In this document: one piece after another, positions 47,546 to 57,543 of the stretch
How positions within the stretch are numbered: the first letter of the stretch is position 1
How the letters are laid out: each line of letters starts with the position of its first letter
Source: Chloroflexota bacterium
GTDB lineage: Bacteria > Chloroflexota > Dehalococcoidia > Dehalococcoidales > JAZDNC01
Length of the DNA: 64,000 bases
Reading direction: 5' to 3'
NCBI GenBank assembly: GCA_043800335.1
Contig: JAZDNC010000012.1
Span: forward strand, 1,017-65,016
Position numbers and translations under genes: made by a program
The notes under the pieces: model-generated
The model's input: only the letters and a program-made list of their open reading frames with translations
What the model was told of the DNA's origin: nothing
Database searches by the model: none

Positions 47546-48982
47546 ATGCCAGAAAAAAAACAGGCTAAAACACTGGATAAAAGGGTTCTGGACTTCATCC
47601 GGGGAAACAGTCTGATTGAGCCCGGAGAAGTCCTGCTTGCCGGTGTCTCGGGCGGGCCTGACTCAACCTGCCTTATCCTCGTTCTGAACGAACTGAAAGA
47701 TAAATTAGGTATTAAACTCCATGTTGCCCATTTGAACCACGGGCTACGCGGGGCTGAAGCCGAAGCCGATGCCAGGTTTGTCGCCGGACTGTCAAAAAAG
47801 CTGCGTATCCCTGTTACCATGAAAAAGCGCAACGTCAAAGCCTATCAGAAGACAAAGCAGATGTCTCTGGAAGAAGCCGCCCGGGAGGTGCGCTACGCCT
47901 TCTTCGCTGAGCTTGCTGAGAAAACTGGCGCTACCAAGGTCGCCGTTGGGCACACGGCAAACGACCACATCGAGACGGTATTGATGCATTTAATCAGGGG
48001 TAGCGGCACCAGAGGCTTAATCGGCCTCAGAGCGAGCAACCTGTGGCACTCACAGGGGAAAGGTATCACTGTCATTCGGCCACTGCTTGAAATCACCCGC
48101 GAAGAGACGGAAGACTACTGCCGGAGCCACGCCGTAACTCCGCGCACCGACTCAACCAACCTTTCCCTCTCTACCCTGAGGAACCGCCTCCGTCTTGAGC
48201 TTCTACCCCTCCTCAGACAGTATAACCCGGAAATCGAGAACGCCCTGAGACGCACCGCCAAAATCGCTTCGGATGAAATCGCCTATGTTGACCAAGAGAC
48301 CGAAAAGTCCACCAGCAAAGTGGTTTTTCTAAATACAGATAAGTTCCTGGTCTTTTATAAAGAAGAGTTGTCAAAACTCCATCCAGCTATCAAGCGTAAC
48401 CTGTTACTCCGGGCGATAGAGAAACTCGTCGGGGATACCAGACAGATTGAGCTAAAGCACATCGAAGGTATGTTAGACTTTTTGCCCAAGCCAGCGGGTA
48501 GAAGCATCAATCTACCACGAGGGCTTACCTTTACTAATGACTACGGGAGATACATTTTAAGCAAGGATGCTTCAGCGCTAACTGCCCGCCAACTGGAAAT
48601 CGAAATCCCTATCAAGATACCGGGGATAACGCTAATCCCCGGCTGGAGCATTGAGGCAGAACTGATGAGCCGCGATCAAGCTAACATCAAAAGGGCAGAA
48701 TTTACCGCGTATCTGGACGCAGACAGGGCAGGCAATAAGCTACTGGTGCGCAGCCGGAAGCGGGGCGACAGGTTTCAGCCGCTGGGCATGGCAGAGACCA
48801 AAAAGGTAGGCGAGTTCATGATTGACGCCAAAGTGCCCCGCCGAGTGCGGAAGAGCGTCCCGATTGTGGCAAACCCCACCCAGATTGTCTGGCTGGTGGG
48901 ACTCAGAATTGATGAGCGGGTTAAGGTGAGCGAAGAAACCAAAAGAGTTTTGAAACTCAAATTTGAACACTACAAAACTTGA
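47546..48982 (+). CDS. tilS: tRNA(Ile)-lysidine synthase
   Basis: VSGGPDS PP-loop and C-terminal TilS substrate domain. Confidence 0.92.
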   Translation: MPEKKQAKTLDKRVLDFIRGNSLIEPGEVLLAGVSGGPDSTCLILVLNELKDKLGIKLHVAHLNHGLRGAEAEADARFVAGLSKKLRIPVTMKKRNVKAYQKTKQMSLEEAAREVRYAFFAELAEKTGATKVAVGHTANDHIETVLMHLIRGSGTRGLIGLRASNLWHSQGKGITVIRPLLEITREETEDYCRSHAVTPRTDSTNLSLSTLRNRLRLELLPLLRQYNPEIENALRRTAKIASDEIAYVDQETEKSTSKVVFLNTDKFLVFYKEELSKLHPAIKRNLLLRAIEKLVGDTRQIELKHIEGMLDFLPKPAGRSINLPRGLTFTNDYGRYILSKDASALTARQLEIEIPIKIPGITLIPGWSIEAELMSRDQANIKRAEFTAYLDADRAGNKLLVRSRKRGDRFQPLGMAETKKVGEFMIDAKVPRRVRKSVPIVANPTQIVWLVGLRIDERVKVSEETKRVLKLKFEHYKT

Positions 48983-49043
48983 GCCATCTTCACAGCGCGA
49001 TAGATACCAAGCTGGCTTTTAATCAGAATAAGACTTACTGACC

Positions 49044-50573
49044 TTACATTATCCGCTTAAGCCTTGGCGCCGGGGTGAGACCCGGAAGCCTGCCCCGCTT
49101 GGAAATAGGCTTACCTTCAATCTCTTTAAGGTCAAGCTTGAAGTCATTGGTCTCAGCCCCGCTGATGTAATGCCCCACGCCAAAGCCATCAACAGGCACC
49201 CCACCCTCAACAAATTCCTTAATCCGCTGGGGAGTAAAGCCCCCGCTGACAAAGATGCCAACCTTCTTGAAGCCAGCCAGGTCTAGTCTTGCCCTTACTT
49301 CTCTCACCAAATCAGCCGTAACCCGTCCCCGCTCCGAGGGCGTATCCAGCCTGACCATGCTCAGCTTATCACCCAGCGCCCCGGCTACCCTCAGACTTTC
49401 TTCAGCTTCATCCTTAAAGGTATCGACCAGCGAAACACGGGGCACTTCAGGTGGTATGTGCTTGTCAAAAGCCACAGTGGCTTTTACGGTATCACCCATA
49501 ACCAGGATGAGGGCATGGGGCATGGTGCCGGAGGGTCTGACACCAGCCAGCCTCGCCCCAAGGATGCTGGAGCAGCCGGCGCAACCGCCGACCATGGCTG
49601 AATAGTCCATAATCCCGGCAACGTTGGGGTGGACATGCCGAGCCCCAAAGCTGATTACCGGTATCCCTCTTGCCGCCCCCACGCACTCCCTCGCCGCCGT
49701 CGCCCAGGCGGTACAATGAGCCAGGATGCCAGTGATAGCTGTCTCGTGAAGTCCAAAGCTCTGGTAAGGCGCCTTGAGCCTCAACGTGACCTCTTTTCCC
49801 GCGATAGTAGCACCTTCTTCCAGCGCCCAGACTTCACAGTTCTCCCTGGACAGAATCCGCCCAAGCAGAACCTTGACCTCCTCTATACCACAGAGCACTC
49901 CACCCCGGCTGGCAAAAACCTCAGCCGTCACTACGGGGTTCAGATTTTCGCCACGCAGCACCTCTACCGTGCGGGCAAAGTAGATATCCGCCGTATCCCC
50001 GCTTAAAACGGCATCCCAGATTTCAAGCCCAGTCGGCTTAATTGCCGGTGGCATTGGCTGAGTGATTCTTGCCCCTAAAATCTTCGCCATATGCTCTAAA
50101 GCCATGACATGCGCCTTCTCATCAAAGGAGCTAACGCAGGCGACCGGCACTTCAACCTCGTAGCCACGGTTCCGCGCATCGGCAACGGTATGCATGACAC
50201 AAATATCGGTGCAGACACCGCAAACGATGACTTTATCCGGCTTGAGCTGAGCTAACTTCTCACCCAACAGAGTTTCAAAGAAGGCACTATAACGCTTTTT
50301 AGGGATAACCTCGCCCGGGAATGAAGCCAGCTCAGGGATGACCTCGCACTCCGCACTACCTTCAATGCAGTGGGGTGGAAACATCTTAAATTCGGCATCA
50401 TCTTTAGCGTGCCGGTCACAGATAAAGAAAACCTTAGCACCTTTGTTGATTTCCTCTTCGAGAAGACTCTTTACCTTAGGAATGATACGCCGTGAGGCCG
50501 CCCCACAATAGAGTGGATAGCCCCCTTCCAAAAAGCCTCTCAGCATATCTATAACCAAAACGACATTTGCCAC
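49044..50573 (-). CDS. Fusion protein: N-terminal nicotinamidase/isochorismatase domain plus C-terminal nicotinate phosphoribosyltransferase-like domain
   Basis: The N-terminal about 175 aa carry VIDMLRGF, KKRYSAF and VCGVCTDICV (D-K-C triad). The remainder starts ...SGDTADIYFARTVEVL, as in archaeal-type NAPRTases. Confidence 0.75.
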   Translation of the reverse strand: MANVVLVIDMLRGFLEGGYPLYCGAASRRIIPKVKSLLEEEINKGAKVFFICDRHAKDDAEFKMFPPHCIEGSAECEVIPELASFPGEVIPKKRYSAFFETLLGEKLAQLKPDKVIVCGVCTDICVMHTVADARNRGYEVEVPVACVSSFDEKAHVMALEHMAKILGARITQPMPPAIKPTGLEIWDAVLSGDTADIYFARTVEVLRGENLNPVVTAEVFASRGGVLCGIEEVKVLLGRILSRENCEVWALEEGATIAGKEVTLRLKAPYQSFGLHETAITGILAHCTAWATAARECVGAARGIPVISFGARHVHPNVAGIMDYSAMVGGCAGCSSILGARLAGVRPSGTMPHALILVMGDTVKATVAFDKHIPPEVPRVSLVDTFKDEAEESLRVAGALGDKLSMVRLDTPSERGRVTADLVREVRARLDLAGFKKVGIFVSGGFTPQRIKEFVEGGVPVDGFGVGHYISGAETNDFKLDLKEIEGKPISKRGRLPGLTPAPRLKRIM

Positions 50574-50597
50574 GACCTCATCTCCTAGGTGCCAACG

Positions 50598-52142
50598 CTA
50601 ATGTCGGAAGTGTCTCCTGCCGGTAAAGACCATCGCCAGTCCGGATTTGTCGGCGGCTTTGATTGATTCCTCATCCCGAATAGAACCACCGGTCTGGATG
50701 ATTGCCGTCACCCCCATTGCCGCCGCTGCCTCCACGCTATCCGGGAAGGGGAACATGGCATCAGACGCCATGACGCTCCCCTTAGAGCGCTCGCCGGCTC
50801 TCTCTTTCGCAATCATAACACTCGCAATACGGCTGGGCTGTCCCGCCCCCATCCCCACCATCATCCTGTCTTTAGCCAGAACGATAGCGTTGGACTTGAC
50901 CCACTTCACCGCCCGCCAGCTGAAGACCATATCTCTCACCTCTTCCGGGGTTGGCTCGCGCTGGGTCACTGTTTTCAGTTCAACATCTCCTTCAGCCAGA
51001 GCGTCGGCGTCCTGAACCAGAAAACCACCCTTCACCCGCCGGTAATCAATCTGGAGCCGCGGGGTGTTACCATAGTCCGGGGGCAACTCGGCTTCCAGAA
51101 TACGCAGGTCACGCTTGCGCCTGAGTATTTCAAGCGCCTGAGGCTCGTAGCCCGGGGCGATGACAATTTCATAGAAGACCGCCCTCATCACCTCTGCCAT
51201 CGCCGGGGTAACTCTGCGGTTACAGGCAACAATCCCACCGAAAGCCGCCAGAGGGTCACCTGACAAAGCCCGCTGGTAGGCTTCGGCAAGGTCATCAAAG
51301 CTGGCGAGCCCACAGGGATTGGCGTGCTTGATAATGCCCACCGTCGGGGCGGCGTAGTCGGTCACCACCCCCCAGGCGGAGTCGGCGTCCATGATGTTGT
51401 TATAAGAAAGCTCTTTGCCTCCCAGCACCTTCGCCCAGGTAATCCCGGTGTTCTGTCCCGGGCTGACTACAAGCTCCGAGTAAAAAGCTGCCTTCTGGTG
51501 CGGGTTCTCGCCGTAGCGGAGCGGGAAACGCTTCTTCAGAGCAATGGTCATCTCCTCGGGGAAATCCCTTGTCCCCTGCCCCAGGTACTGCGAAATGGCA
51601 GTATCGTACAGGGCCACGTGCTGGAAAGCCTTCTGTGCAAGCATCTTACGGAAGTCGACATCGGCGCCGCCGCTCTTGAGCCTCTCAATAATTAAGGGAT
51701 AGTCCTTCGGGTCAACCACGACCAGTACGCTCTCAAAGTTCTTGGCGGCGGCTCGAAGTAGCGTGGGACCGCCGATGTCAATATTCTCAATGGCATCGGC
51801 GAAGGTCGCCCCCGGTCTGAGTACTGTCTCGACGAAGGGGTAGAGATTGACCGCAACCAAGTCGATGGTGCCGATTTTGTTCTTCTTAAGCTCTGCCATG
51901 TGCTCGGGTAGCCCCCGCCTCGCCAGGATACCCCCGTATATCGCCGGGTGGAGCGTCTTAACCCTGCCGTCCAAAATCTCGGGAAAGCCGGTAAGGTCGG
52001 AGATGCTGGTTACCTTTACCCTGGCTTCATCTAGAGCTTTTTTCGTCCCTCCGGTGCTGAAAATCTCATAGTCCAATCGACTGAGTTCCCGGGCGAAGTC
52101 AGCCAGACCGCTCTTGTCGGAAACACTCATGATTGCGCGCAT
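50598..52142 (-). CDS. purH: Bifunctional AICAR transformylase / IMP cyclohydrolase
   Basis: RAIMSVSDKSGL...GGTKK... and C-terminal FRH. Confidence 0.95.
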   Translation of the reverse strand: MRAIMSVSDKSGLADFARELSRLDYEIFSTGGTKKALDEARVKVTSISDLTGFPEILDGRVKTLHPAIYGGILARRGLPEHMAELKKNKIGTIDLVAVNLYPFVETVLRPGATFADAIENIDIGGPTLLRAAAKNFESVLVVVDPKDYPLIIERLKSGGADVDFRKMLAQKAFQHVALYDTAISQYLGQGTRDFPEEMTIALKKRFPLRYGENPHQKAAFYSELVVSPGQNTGITWAKVLGGKELSYNNIMDADSAWGVVTDYAAPTVGIIKHANPCGLASFDDLAEAYQRALSGDPLAAFGGIVACNRRVTPAMAEVMRAVFYEIVIAPGYEPQALEILRRKRDLRILEAELPPDYGNTPRLQIDYRRVKGGFLVQDADALAEGDVELKTVTQREPTPEEVRDMVFSWRAVKWVKSNAIVLAKDRMMVGMGAGQPSRIASVMIAKERAGERSKGSVMASDAMFPFPDSVEAAAAMGVTAIIQTGGSIRDEESIKAADKSGLAMVFTGRRHFRH

Positions 52143-52151
52143 TTTCTCTCC

Positions 52152-53186
52152 TTAATCAACCTTGTCTCGCCGGTAACCCTTACCGTCTATTATCACGCGA
52201 GCGCTACCGGATTGCTTAACCACCTCACCCACCAGAAGCGCCTCGGGCAGGGCTCCGGTTATCTTTCCCATTTTTGACTCCGACACAATAAGCACCATGC
52301 CCAGACCCATGTTGAAGACATGATACATCTCGTCCAGAGAGACATTACCCCGTTTACGAATCATATTAAAAATTGGAGGCACCTGCCACCTCGCGCTGTC
52401 AAAGCGGGCGGCAAGCCCCCCGGGTAAGACCCGGGGCACGTTTCCCACCAGACCGCTCCCGGTGATGTGCGCCAACCCTTTGATGTGGGGAAGTAATGGC
52501 TTCAATTCCCTGAGATAGCTCCGGTGGGGACGCATCAGCTCATCACCGAGAGTCCGCCCCAGCTCCGCGTAGAAGGTGTTCAGGGTCTTAGCTTGAGTCC
52601 CGAAGACCTTGCGCACCAGTGAGTAGCCGTTGGTGTGAAGCCCGTTTGAGGGAAGCCCAATAATGACATCGCCCGCAACTATGCCTTTACCCGTAATCAT
52701 CCGGGGCTTCCCCACGACCCCGACGATGAATCCGGCGAGGTCGTAGTCCTCTCCAGAATACATGCCGGGCATCTCGGCGGTCTCTCCGCCAATCAGGACA
52801 CAGCCGGCTTCACGGCAGGCAGAAGCCAGTCCCTCGGCGATAGCCCCAACCTTCTCGAGAGAAAGCCTCCCCATCGCTATGTAGTCCAGAAAGAAGAGCG
52901 GCTGCGCACCCAGCGTCAGGATGTCGTTGACGCAGTGGTTCACGATGTCAATACCGACGGTGTTATGCCTGCCTAAAGCCGAGGCGATGAGGAGCTTGGT
53001 GCCGACCCCGTCCACGTGGGAGACCAGGACCGGCTCCCGGTAGCCTTTGAACTCAAAAAGCCCGCCGAAAGAGCCTACGCCAGAAAGGACCTCCGGAAGA
53101 TAGGTGGACTCAGCCAGCTTCTTGATGCGCTCCTTCGCCCTGGCGGCGAGGCTGGTATCAACCCCAGCCTGAGCATAAGCCTCCAT
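52152..53186 (-). CDS. purM: Phosphoribosylformylglycinamidine cyclo-ligase
   Basis: AYAQAGVD, DGVGTK and GGETAEMPG motifs. Start trimmed to the ATG at 53186 (SD-like GGAAGGGA upstream). Confidence 0.93.
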   Translation of the reverse strand: MEAYAQAGVDTSLAARAKERIKKLAESTYLPEVLSGVGSFGGLFEFKGYREPVLVSHVDGVGTKLLIASALGRHNTVGIDIVNHCVNDILTLGAQPLFFLDYIAMGRLSLEKVGAIAEGLASACREAGCVLIGGETAEMPGMYSGEDYDLAGFIVGVVGKPRMITGKGIVAGDVIIGLPSNGLHTNGYSLVRKVFGTQAKTLNTFYAELGRTLGDELMRPHRSYLRELKPLLPHIKGLAHITGSGLVGNVPRVLPGGLAARFDSARWQVPPIFNMIRKRGNVSLDEMYHVFNMGLGMVLIVSESKMGKITGALPEALLVGEVVKQSGSARVIIDGKGYRRDKVD

Positions 53187-53279
53187 AGGACAGTATCCCT
53201 TCCAAGCCATGAACTAACTGTTTTACCAGCACTGAAATAATACCACCAGACAGGCTAACGGGCAACAAGGTTCTGTGGT

Positions 53280-53363
53280 GTCATGGCGAGGGCTTTAGCC
53301 CGTGGCAATCCGCTTCCTATATTGCGATGAAGAGACGGATTGCTTCGCTACATTCGCGATGAC
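53280..53363. repeat. Inverted pair of REP/MITE-like units between purF and purM
   Basis: The unit at 53280..53312 (gtcatggcgagggctttagcccgtggcaatccg) faces the unit at 53336..53363 (cggattgcttcgctacattcgcgatgac). Confidence 0.8.
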
Positions 53364-53374
53364 AGTGTTGTAGT

Positions 53375-54781
53375 CTACCGCTGGGTAGCCATCTTTTCCA
53401 GGGCAAACTTGTCCATGTCAAGCTGGACAGGAATGGGATAGTCCCCGGTGAAGCAGGCGGTGCAGAAGGTCTCTTTGGGCAAAGCAATTGACTGTATCAG
53501 CCCCTCAAGGCTCAAATAGCCGAGGCTGTCAGCCCCGATAAACTCCCTCACCTCTTCCACGCTTTTCTGGGAGGCGATAAGCTCCCTTCGGGTCGCCATG
53601 TCCACGCCGAAGAAGCAGGGATGGCGGATGGGCGGTGAGCAGATTCTCATATGAACTTCCTTAGCTCCGGCACTCCGGAGCAGGGCAACTATCTTGGGCG
53701 TGGTCGTCCCGCGCACAATTGAGTCATCCACGACAACCAGCCTCTTGCCACCGAGTATTTCGGGCAGGGGATTGAACTTAAGCTTGACCCCCAGGTCCCG
53801 GATACGCTGGTCGGGCTGGATGAATGTCCTGCCAACATAGCGGTTCTTGATGAGACCCTCCGCGACGGTTATCCCCGACTTCCGGGCATAGCCCAGCCCG
53901 GCAACGGTGGCTGAGTCCGGCACCCCAATCACCAGGTCTGCCTCAACCGGGTATTCCTCAGCTAGCCTTGCCCCCATCGCCAGGCGCGCCTCGTAGAGCA
54001 ACCTGCCGTTGATGACGCTGTCGGGACGGGCAAAATAGATGTACTCAAAGATGCATAGCCCTTTGCGTCCCGGTTTCTCGTAGGAGCTCTCAACGCCGTT
54101 CTCAGAGACTGTGGTAATCTCTCCCGGCTCAATCTCACGCATAAACACCGCACCGATATGGTCGAGGGCACAGCTCTCCGAGGCGATGACCCAGCCCCCC
54201 TTGACCTTACCCAGACAAAGAGGACGCACCCCGTGCGGGTCACGCACCCCAAAAAGCCTGTCTCTGGTCATAACCGTGAGGGAGTAAGCTCCCCGGAGAC
54301 GACGCATGGCGTAGCGTATCCTCTCCACCCAGTCACTCGCCGGGGCGGAGACGATAAGATTGGCAATCACCTCGGAATCAGTGGTGGTATGGAACTTGAC
54401 GCCCTTCTCACTAAGCTCCTTGAAAAGCTCTGCGGCGTTAACGATATTGCCATTGTGAGCGATAGCTATCCTGTTCTCGCCATCACCAACTAAAATAGGC
54501 TGGGCGTTCTGGATACGGCTGGAGCCGGCAGTGGAGTAGCGGTTATGACCGATAGCGATATGCCCCTTGAGCTTGGTCAGGGCGTCTTCGTCAAAGACCT
54601 GAGACACCAAGCCCATGCCGGTGAAAAGGGAAATCTCTTTCCCATCGGCGGAAGCAATACCGGCGCTCTCCTGACCACGGTGTTGAAGGGCAAAAAGGGC
54701 AAAAAAGGTTAGACGGGCGACGTCATCGCCAGGGGCATAGACCCCAAAGACGCCGCAACTCTCATGAAGCCCAGTTAGCGT
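53375..54781 (-). CDS. purF: Amidophosphoribosyltransferase
   Basis: The track ORF starts at an internal Met (54616). The frame is open up to 54781 and encodes TLTGLHES-CGVFGVYAPGDDVARLTFFALFALQHRGQESAG, i.e. a propeptide plus the catalytic Cys. There is no canonical start codon in that stretch. Confidence 0.88.
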   Translation of the reverse strand, partial: TLTGLHESCGVFGVYAPGDDVARLTFFALFALQHRGQESAGIASADGKEISLFTGMGLVSQVFDEDALTKLKGHIAIGHNRYSTAGSSRIQNAQPILVGDGENRIAIAHNGNIVNAAELFKELSEKGVKFHTTTDSEVIANLIVSAPASDWVERIRYAMRRLRGAYSLTVMTRDRLFGVRDPHGVRPLCLGKVKGGWVIASESCALDHIGAVFMREIEPGEITTVSENGVESSYEKPGRKGLCIFEYIYFARPDSVINGRLLYEARLAMGARLAEEYPVEADLVIGVPDSATVAGLGYARKSGITVAEGLIKNRYVGRTFIQPDQRIRDLGVKLKFNPLPEILGGKRLVVVDDSIVRGTTTPKIVALLRSAGAKEVHMRICSPPIRHPCFFGVDMATRRELIASQKSVEEVREFIGADSLGYLSLEGLIQSIALPKETFCTACFTGDYPIPVQLDMDKFALEKMATQR

Positions 54782-54910
54782 TTAAAAAGCCTCCAACAGG
54801 CTATTTCGGACTTATATTATAGACTCTTTCCGAAGCAGGGTCAAATTGATTTTATATTGTCGCTTAGTTGTCAACCCCAACCACCCTTCGCCTGTCTTGC
54901 AGAGCGGGGA

Positions 54911-54939
54911 CGGATTGCTTCGCCTTCGGCTCGCAATGA
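54911..54939 (-). repeat. REP/MITE-like palindromic unit
   Basis: cggattgcttcgccttcggctcgcaatga. Confidence 0.75.
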
Positions 54940-55006
54940 ATATATTCGTAAGAACCGGGGCAAGTCCGACAATGACCGAAAAAATTCCGCTTGCTTGGCT
55001 CGATAT

Positions 55007-55237
55007 TCAAAATAGCGCCTTACCCGTGTACTCCAGCCAGTCACGACTCTCCACGGTTGAGCGGTTGCGCTCGCCAATCTCGATGTCAATTCCCTGCCAT
55101 GAAAAGCTACGATTAGCCGGCACCAGAGCCTCATTAAGCCAGATACTGCGCCCCGACTTATAGACGGAAAGCTCAAGCTTTCTGCCGTTAGCCAGCTTAA
55201 CTGAAATCCGGCCGATATATTCTCTTTTTATGCTCAA
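55007..55237 (-). CDS. Hypothetical small protein
   Basis: TTG start preceded by GAGGAG. 76 aa. No recognisable motif. Confidence 0.3.
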   Translation of the reverse strand: MSIKREYIGRISVKLANGRKLELSVYKSGRSIWLNEALVPANRSFSWQGIDIEIGERNRSTVESRDWLEYTGKALF

Positions 55238-55429
55238 AACTTACTCCTCAGTATTTCGCCTTTACATTATACAAGCTCCCGCCTGAATTTCAATTGTGCG
55301 TAGTCTGCAAGCCAACGGTTGAGTAAGTTTACTCAGCTTCCATCTCGGAATTCAATAAAATCAATGCGGTTCAATAATAAAGGGGAGCCATCGCTGACCC
55401 CCCTTTTCGGTTCCTGTATAACCTTTATA

Positions 55430-57418
55430 CTACTTCTTCTGGAAAGAGGCGATACCCTCCTGCCAGTCCTTGGGCAGTCTGGGGAGCACGGCCGGGCTAA
55501 CCAGTTGGGTAGCCATCATCCGCTTACCCTTGTCCGGCAGCTCGTCCCACTTAAACTGGGCTGACGTGCCGATTATGCTCCCTGGCTGAGCGAATGTTGA
55601 ATGGATGACGTCCATATCAACAAACACCTCGACAAAGGCAGGTCTCTTCTCCTTCATGGCAACCTCAAAAGCCCTCTTGACGGCGGGCTTGAGCTGCTCC
55701 GGTCTCTCCACAAACTCGGGGTGGGCGCCTACTTCGGCGAACATCTTCTCGTAGTGTATCCAGGGCATGGTCTCCCAACTATCATGGAGGATGTTGCCCT
55801 CAACGGCACAGGTCTTAGACCAGTATAGTTCCCACATGCCGTTGATGAGGGTATTATTGTTCTCGTGGAGAAAAACCGCCGGGATGTTCCACCTGACGCA
55901 TGACTCGACGTCCATGCCAGCGGCACCCACCGCACCATCACCCAAAATGGCAAAGATGGGCTTGGAGCGGTTGGTTGCCAGTCCGCACGCCAGCGCCAAC
56001 CCGAAGGAATGCCCGATGCCGATGGTCTCAGAGGCATCCAGGTTGTGACCACTGTTTGTCGCGATGTTCCAGGCGGTGAAGTAAGCTGAAGCCGTAAAGC
56101 CATCAATGATAGAGATACAGTCATTGTTGTAGTCTTCGCTCATCACCTCGGAGACGTAGCGTCCGACCAGGTCGGGATGCACCGGCATCTGGTGTGCCAT
56201 TCTATCGGTTCTAGCGAGCACCCGCGCCTTATAGCTTGCCTCGGTGTCTTTGACGAACTGGCGCCACTTCTCCCATTTCGCCACCGGTTTCTTAACGCCC
56301 ATGTCCTTGGCCACCTGAATCATTTGCTTCAGTGTCTGCTTCAGATTCCCGTAAATCTCAATATCTGTAGGTAGATTTAGCTCGGTGTTCTCAGGGCAGT
56401 CCTGAATCTGGCAGTAGCGAATTTTGTGGGGGAAGAAGGGTGGGTTACCATAGCCTTCCAGAACACCAATCCTGAGTCCGAACACGATACAGCGGTCAGC
56501 CTGGTCAAAGACGGGACCCCGGGCACGCCTGCCGTAGTTCAGGTCATCCAGCTCAGAAATGATGCCCCTGGCGGTGCGTCTGCCACTCGAGGGGACTCCA
56601 AGAAGGTGGGCAAACTCCCTTAGCTCCTCCTGGCAGTCCTGCATGTGGGCGGCGGAGCCGGCGATAAGAACTGGTCTCTCGGCTTCCATGAGCCATTTGA
56701 CCGCCCGCTCCACCAGGACGGGGTTAGCCAGATACTGCTGCGGTGCGGGGTCGGGTTTCCAATAGCCGGGGCGATACGCCTGATAGAGAACTCTTCTGGG
56801 TACCAGCTGGTTTTGACTGGGGTTGATTTCGCTAGCGGCCACGGCGATGGATACCGGCCCGGTAGGCGGCGTCACGGCGCTGCGGAAAGCCCTCTTCATC
56901 TGCCAGAGGAAGGTATTCGGTGTGCTTACCTTCCTCACCCACTTGCAGATGCCGCGGAACTGGTTCTCTGCCCGCGCCAGACCCTGATTGCCGTACTTAT
57001 CGTCATCAAAGAGGCCGGTTTCACAGGACAGGGCAACGCCGGGAGAGCCTGAGGAGTAAGCCTGGACAAGCCCGGTGCTGAAGTTGGTAAGTCCTGTCCC
57101 ACCAACATGCATGGCAAGGGTGGGGCGGCGGGTCACTGTCCCCCAGCCACTCATGAAAAAGCCGGCAGTCTGCTCGTGGCGCACATGGACACACTTTATT
57201 TTCTGTTGCTGTGCCGAACGGATGAAGATACCGGTGTTACCCCCGGTAAGGAAGGGAATATACTCCACCCCCTCTTCCTTGAGCATTTCGGCAAGGGCAT
57301 CACCGATGCGGATTCTCTCTTCCGCCTTGACATCAACCACTGCCTGTTGCTTGAGCGCCAACTCTGCCGTTGGTCTCAGTTTGTCAACCAGCATCCTTTC
57401 TTCTTGCTCTTCGGCCAT
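55430..57418 (-). CDS. Thiamine-diphosphate-dependent enzyme (full-length paralogue of 1..1417)
   Basis: 662 aa. PYR-domain catalytic Glu context (VRHEQTAGF). GDGAVGAAGMDVESCVRWNIPAVFLHENNNT. TAAGGAGG lies before the ATG. Confidence 0.9.
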   Translation of the reverse strand: MAEEQEERMLVDKLRPTAELALKQQAVVDVKAEERIRIGDALAEMLKEEGVEYIPFLTGGNTGIFIRSAQQQKIKCVHVRHEQTAGFFMSGWGTVTRRPTLAMHVGGTGLTNFSTGLVQAYSSGSPGVALSCETGLFDDDKYGNQGLARAENQFRGICKWVRKVSTPNTFLWQMKRAFRSAVTPPTGPVSIAVAASEINPSQNQLVPRRVLYQAYRPGYWKPDPAPQQYLANPVLVERAVKWLMEAERPVLIAGSAAHMQDCQEELREFAHLLGVPSSGRRTARGIISELDDLNYGRRARGPVFDQADRCIVFGLRIGVLEGYGNPPFFPHKIRYCQIQDCPENTELNLPTDIEIYGNLKQTLKQMIQVAKDMGVKKPVAKWEKWRQFVKDTEASYKARVLARTDRMAHQMPVHPDLVGRYVSEVMSEDYNNDCISIIDGFTASAYFTAWNIATNSGHNLDASETIGIGHSFGLALACGLATNRSKPIFAILGDGAVGAAGMDVESCVRWNIPAVFLHENNNTLINGMWELYWSKTCAVEGNILHDSWETMPWIHYEKMFAEVGAHPEFVERPEQLKPAVKRAFEVAMKEKRPAFVEVFVDMDVIHSTFAQPGSIIGTSAQFKWDELPDKGKRMMATQLVSPAVLPRLPKDWQEGIASFQKK

Positions 57419-57506
57419 TTTATCCTCCTTAATTATTTTCCGACCTTATCGGTTGTTTCCGTTACTTCTGTCCTATACCCACCTCCTTAGCTCAACAAGA
57501 CCGCTA

Positions 57507-57543
57507 CCAATAAAACGGCGGGGAACATTTTCTGCTCCCCGCC
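57507..57543 (-). terminator. Intrinsic terminator between AOR-2 and the ThDP gene
   Basis: Minus-strand GGCGGGGA-gcagaaaatgt-TCCCCGCC followed by GTTTTATT. Confidence 0.6.

Noticed and set aside
26866-54939. The GTCATTGCGAG...GCAATCCG repeats as a CRISPR array.
   Set aside because: The copies are kilobases apart, in both orientations, without regular spacing or a repeat-spacer structure. No cas genes are present.
54846-55176. ORFs 54846..55163+ and 54871..55176- in the purF-downstream region.
   Set aside because: They run through a REP-like repeat unit and overlap the somewhat better supported small ORF 55007..55237-. They have no SD and an odd composition.
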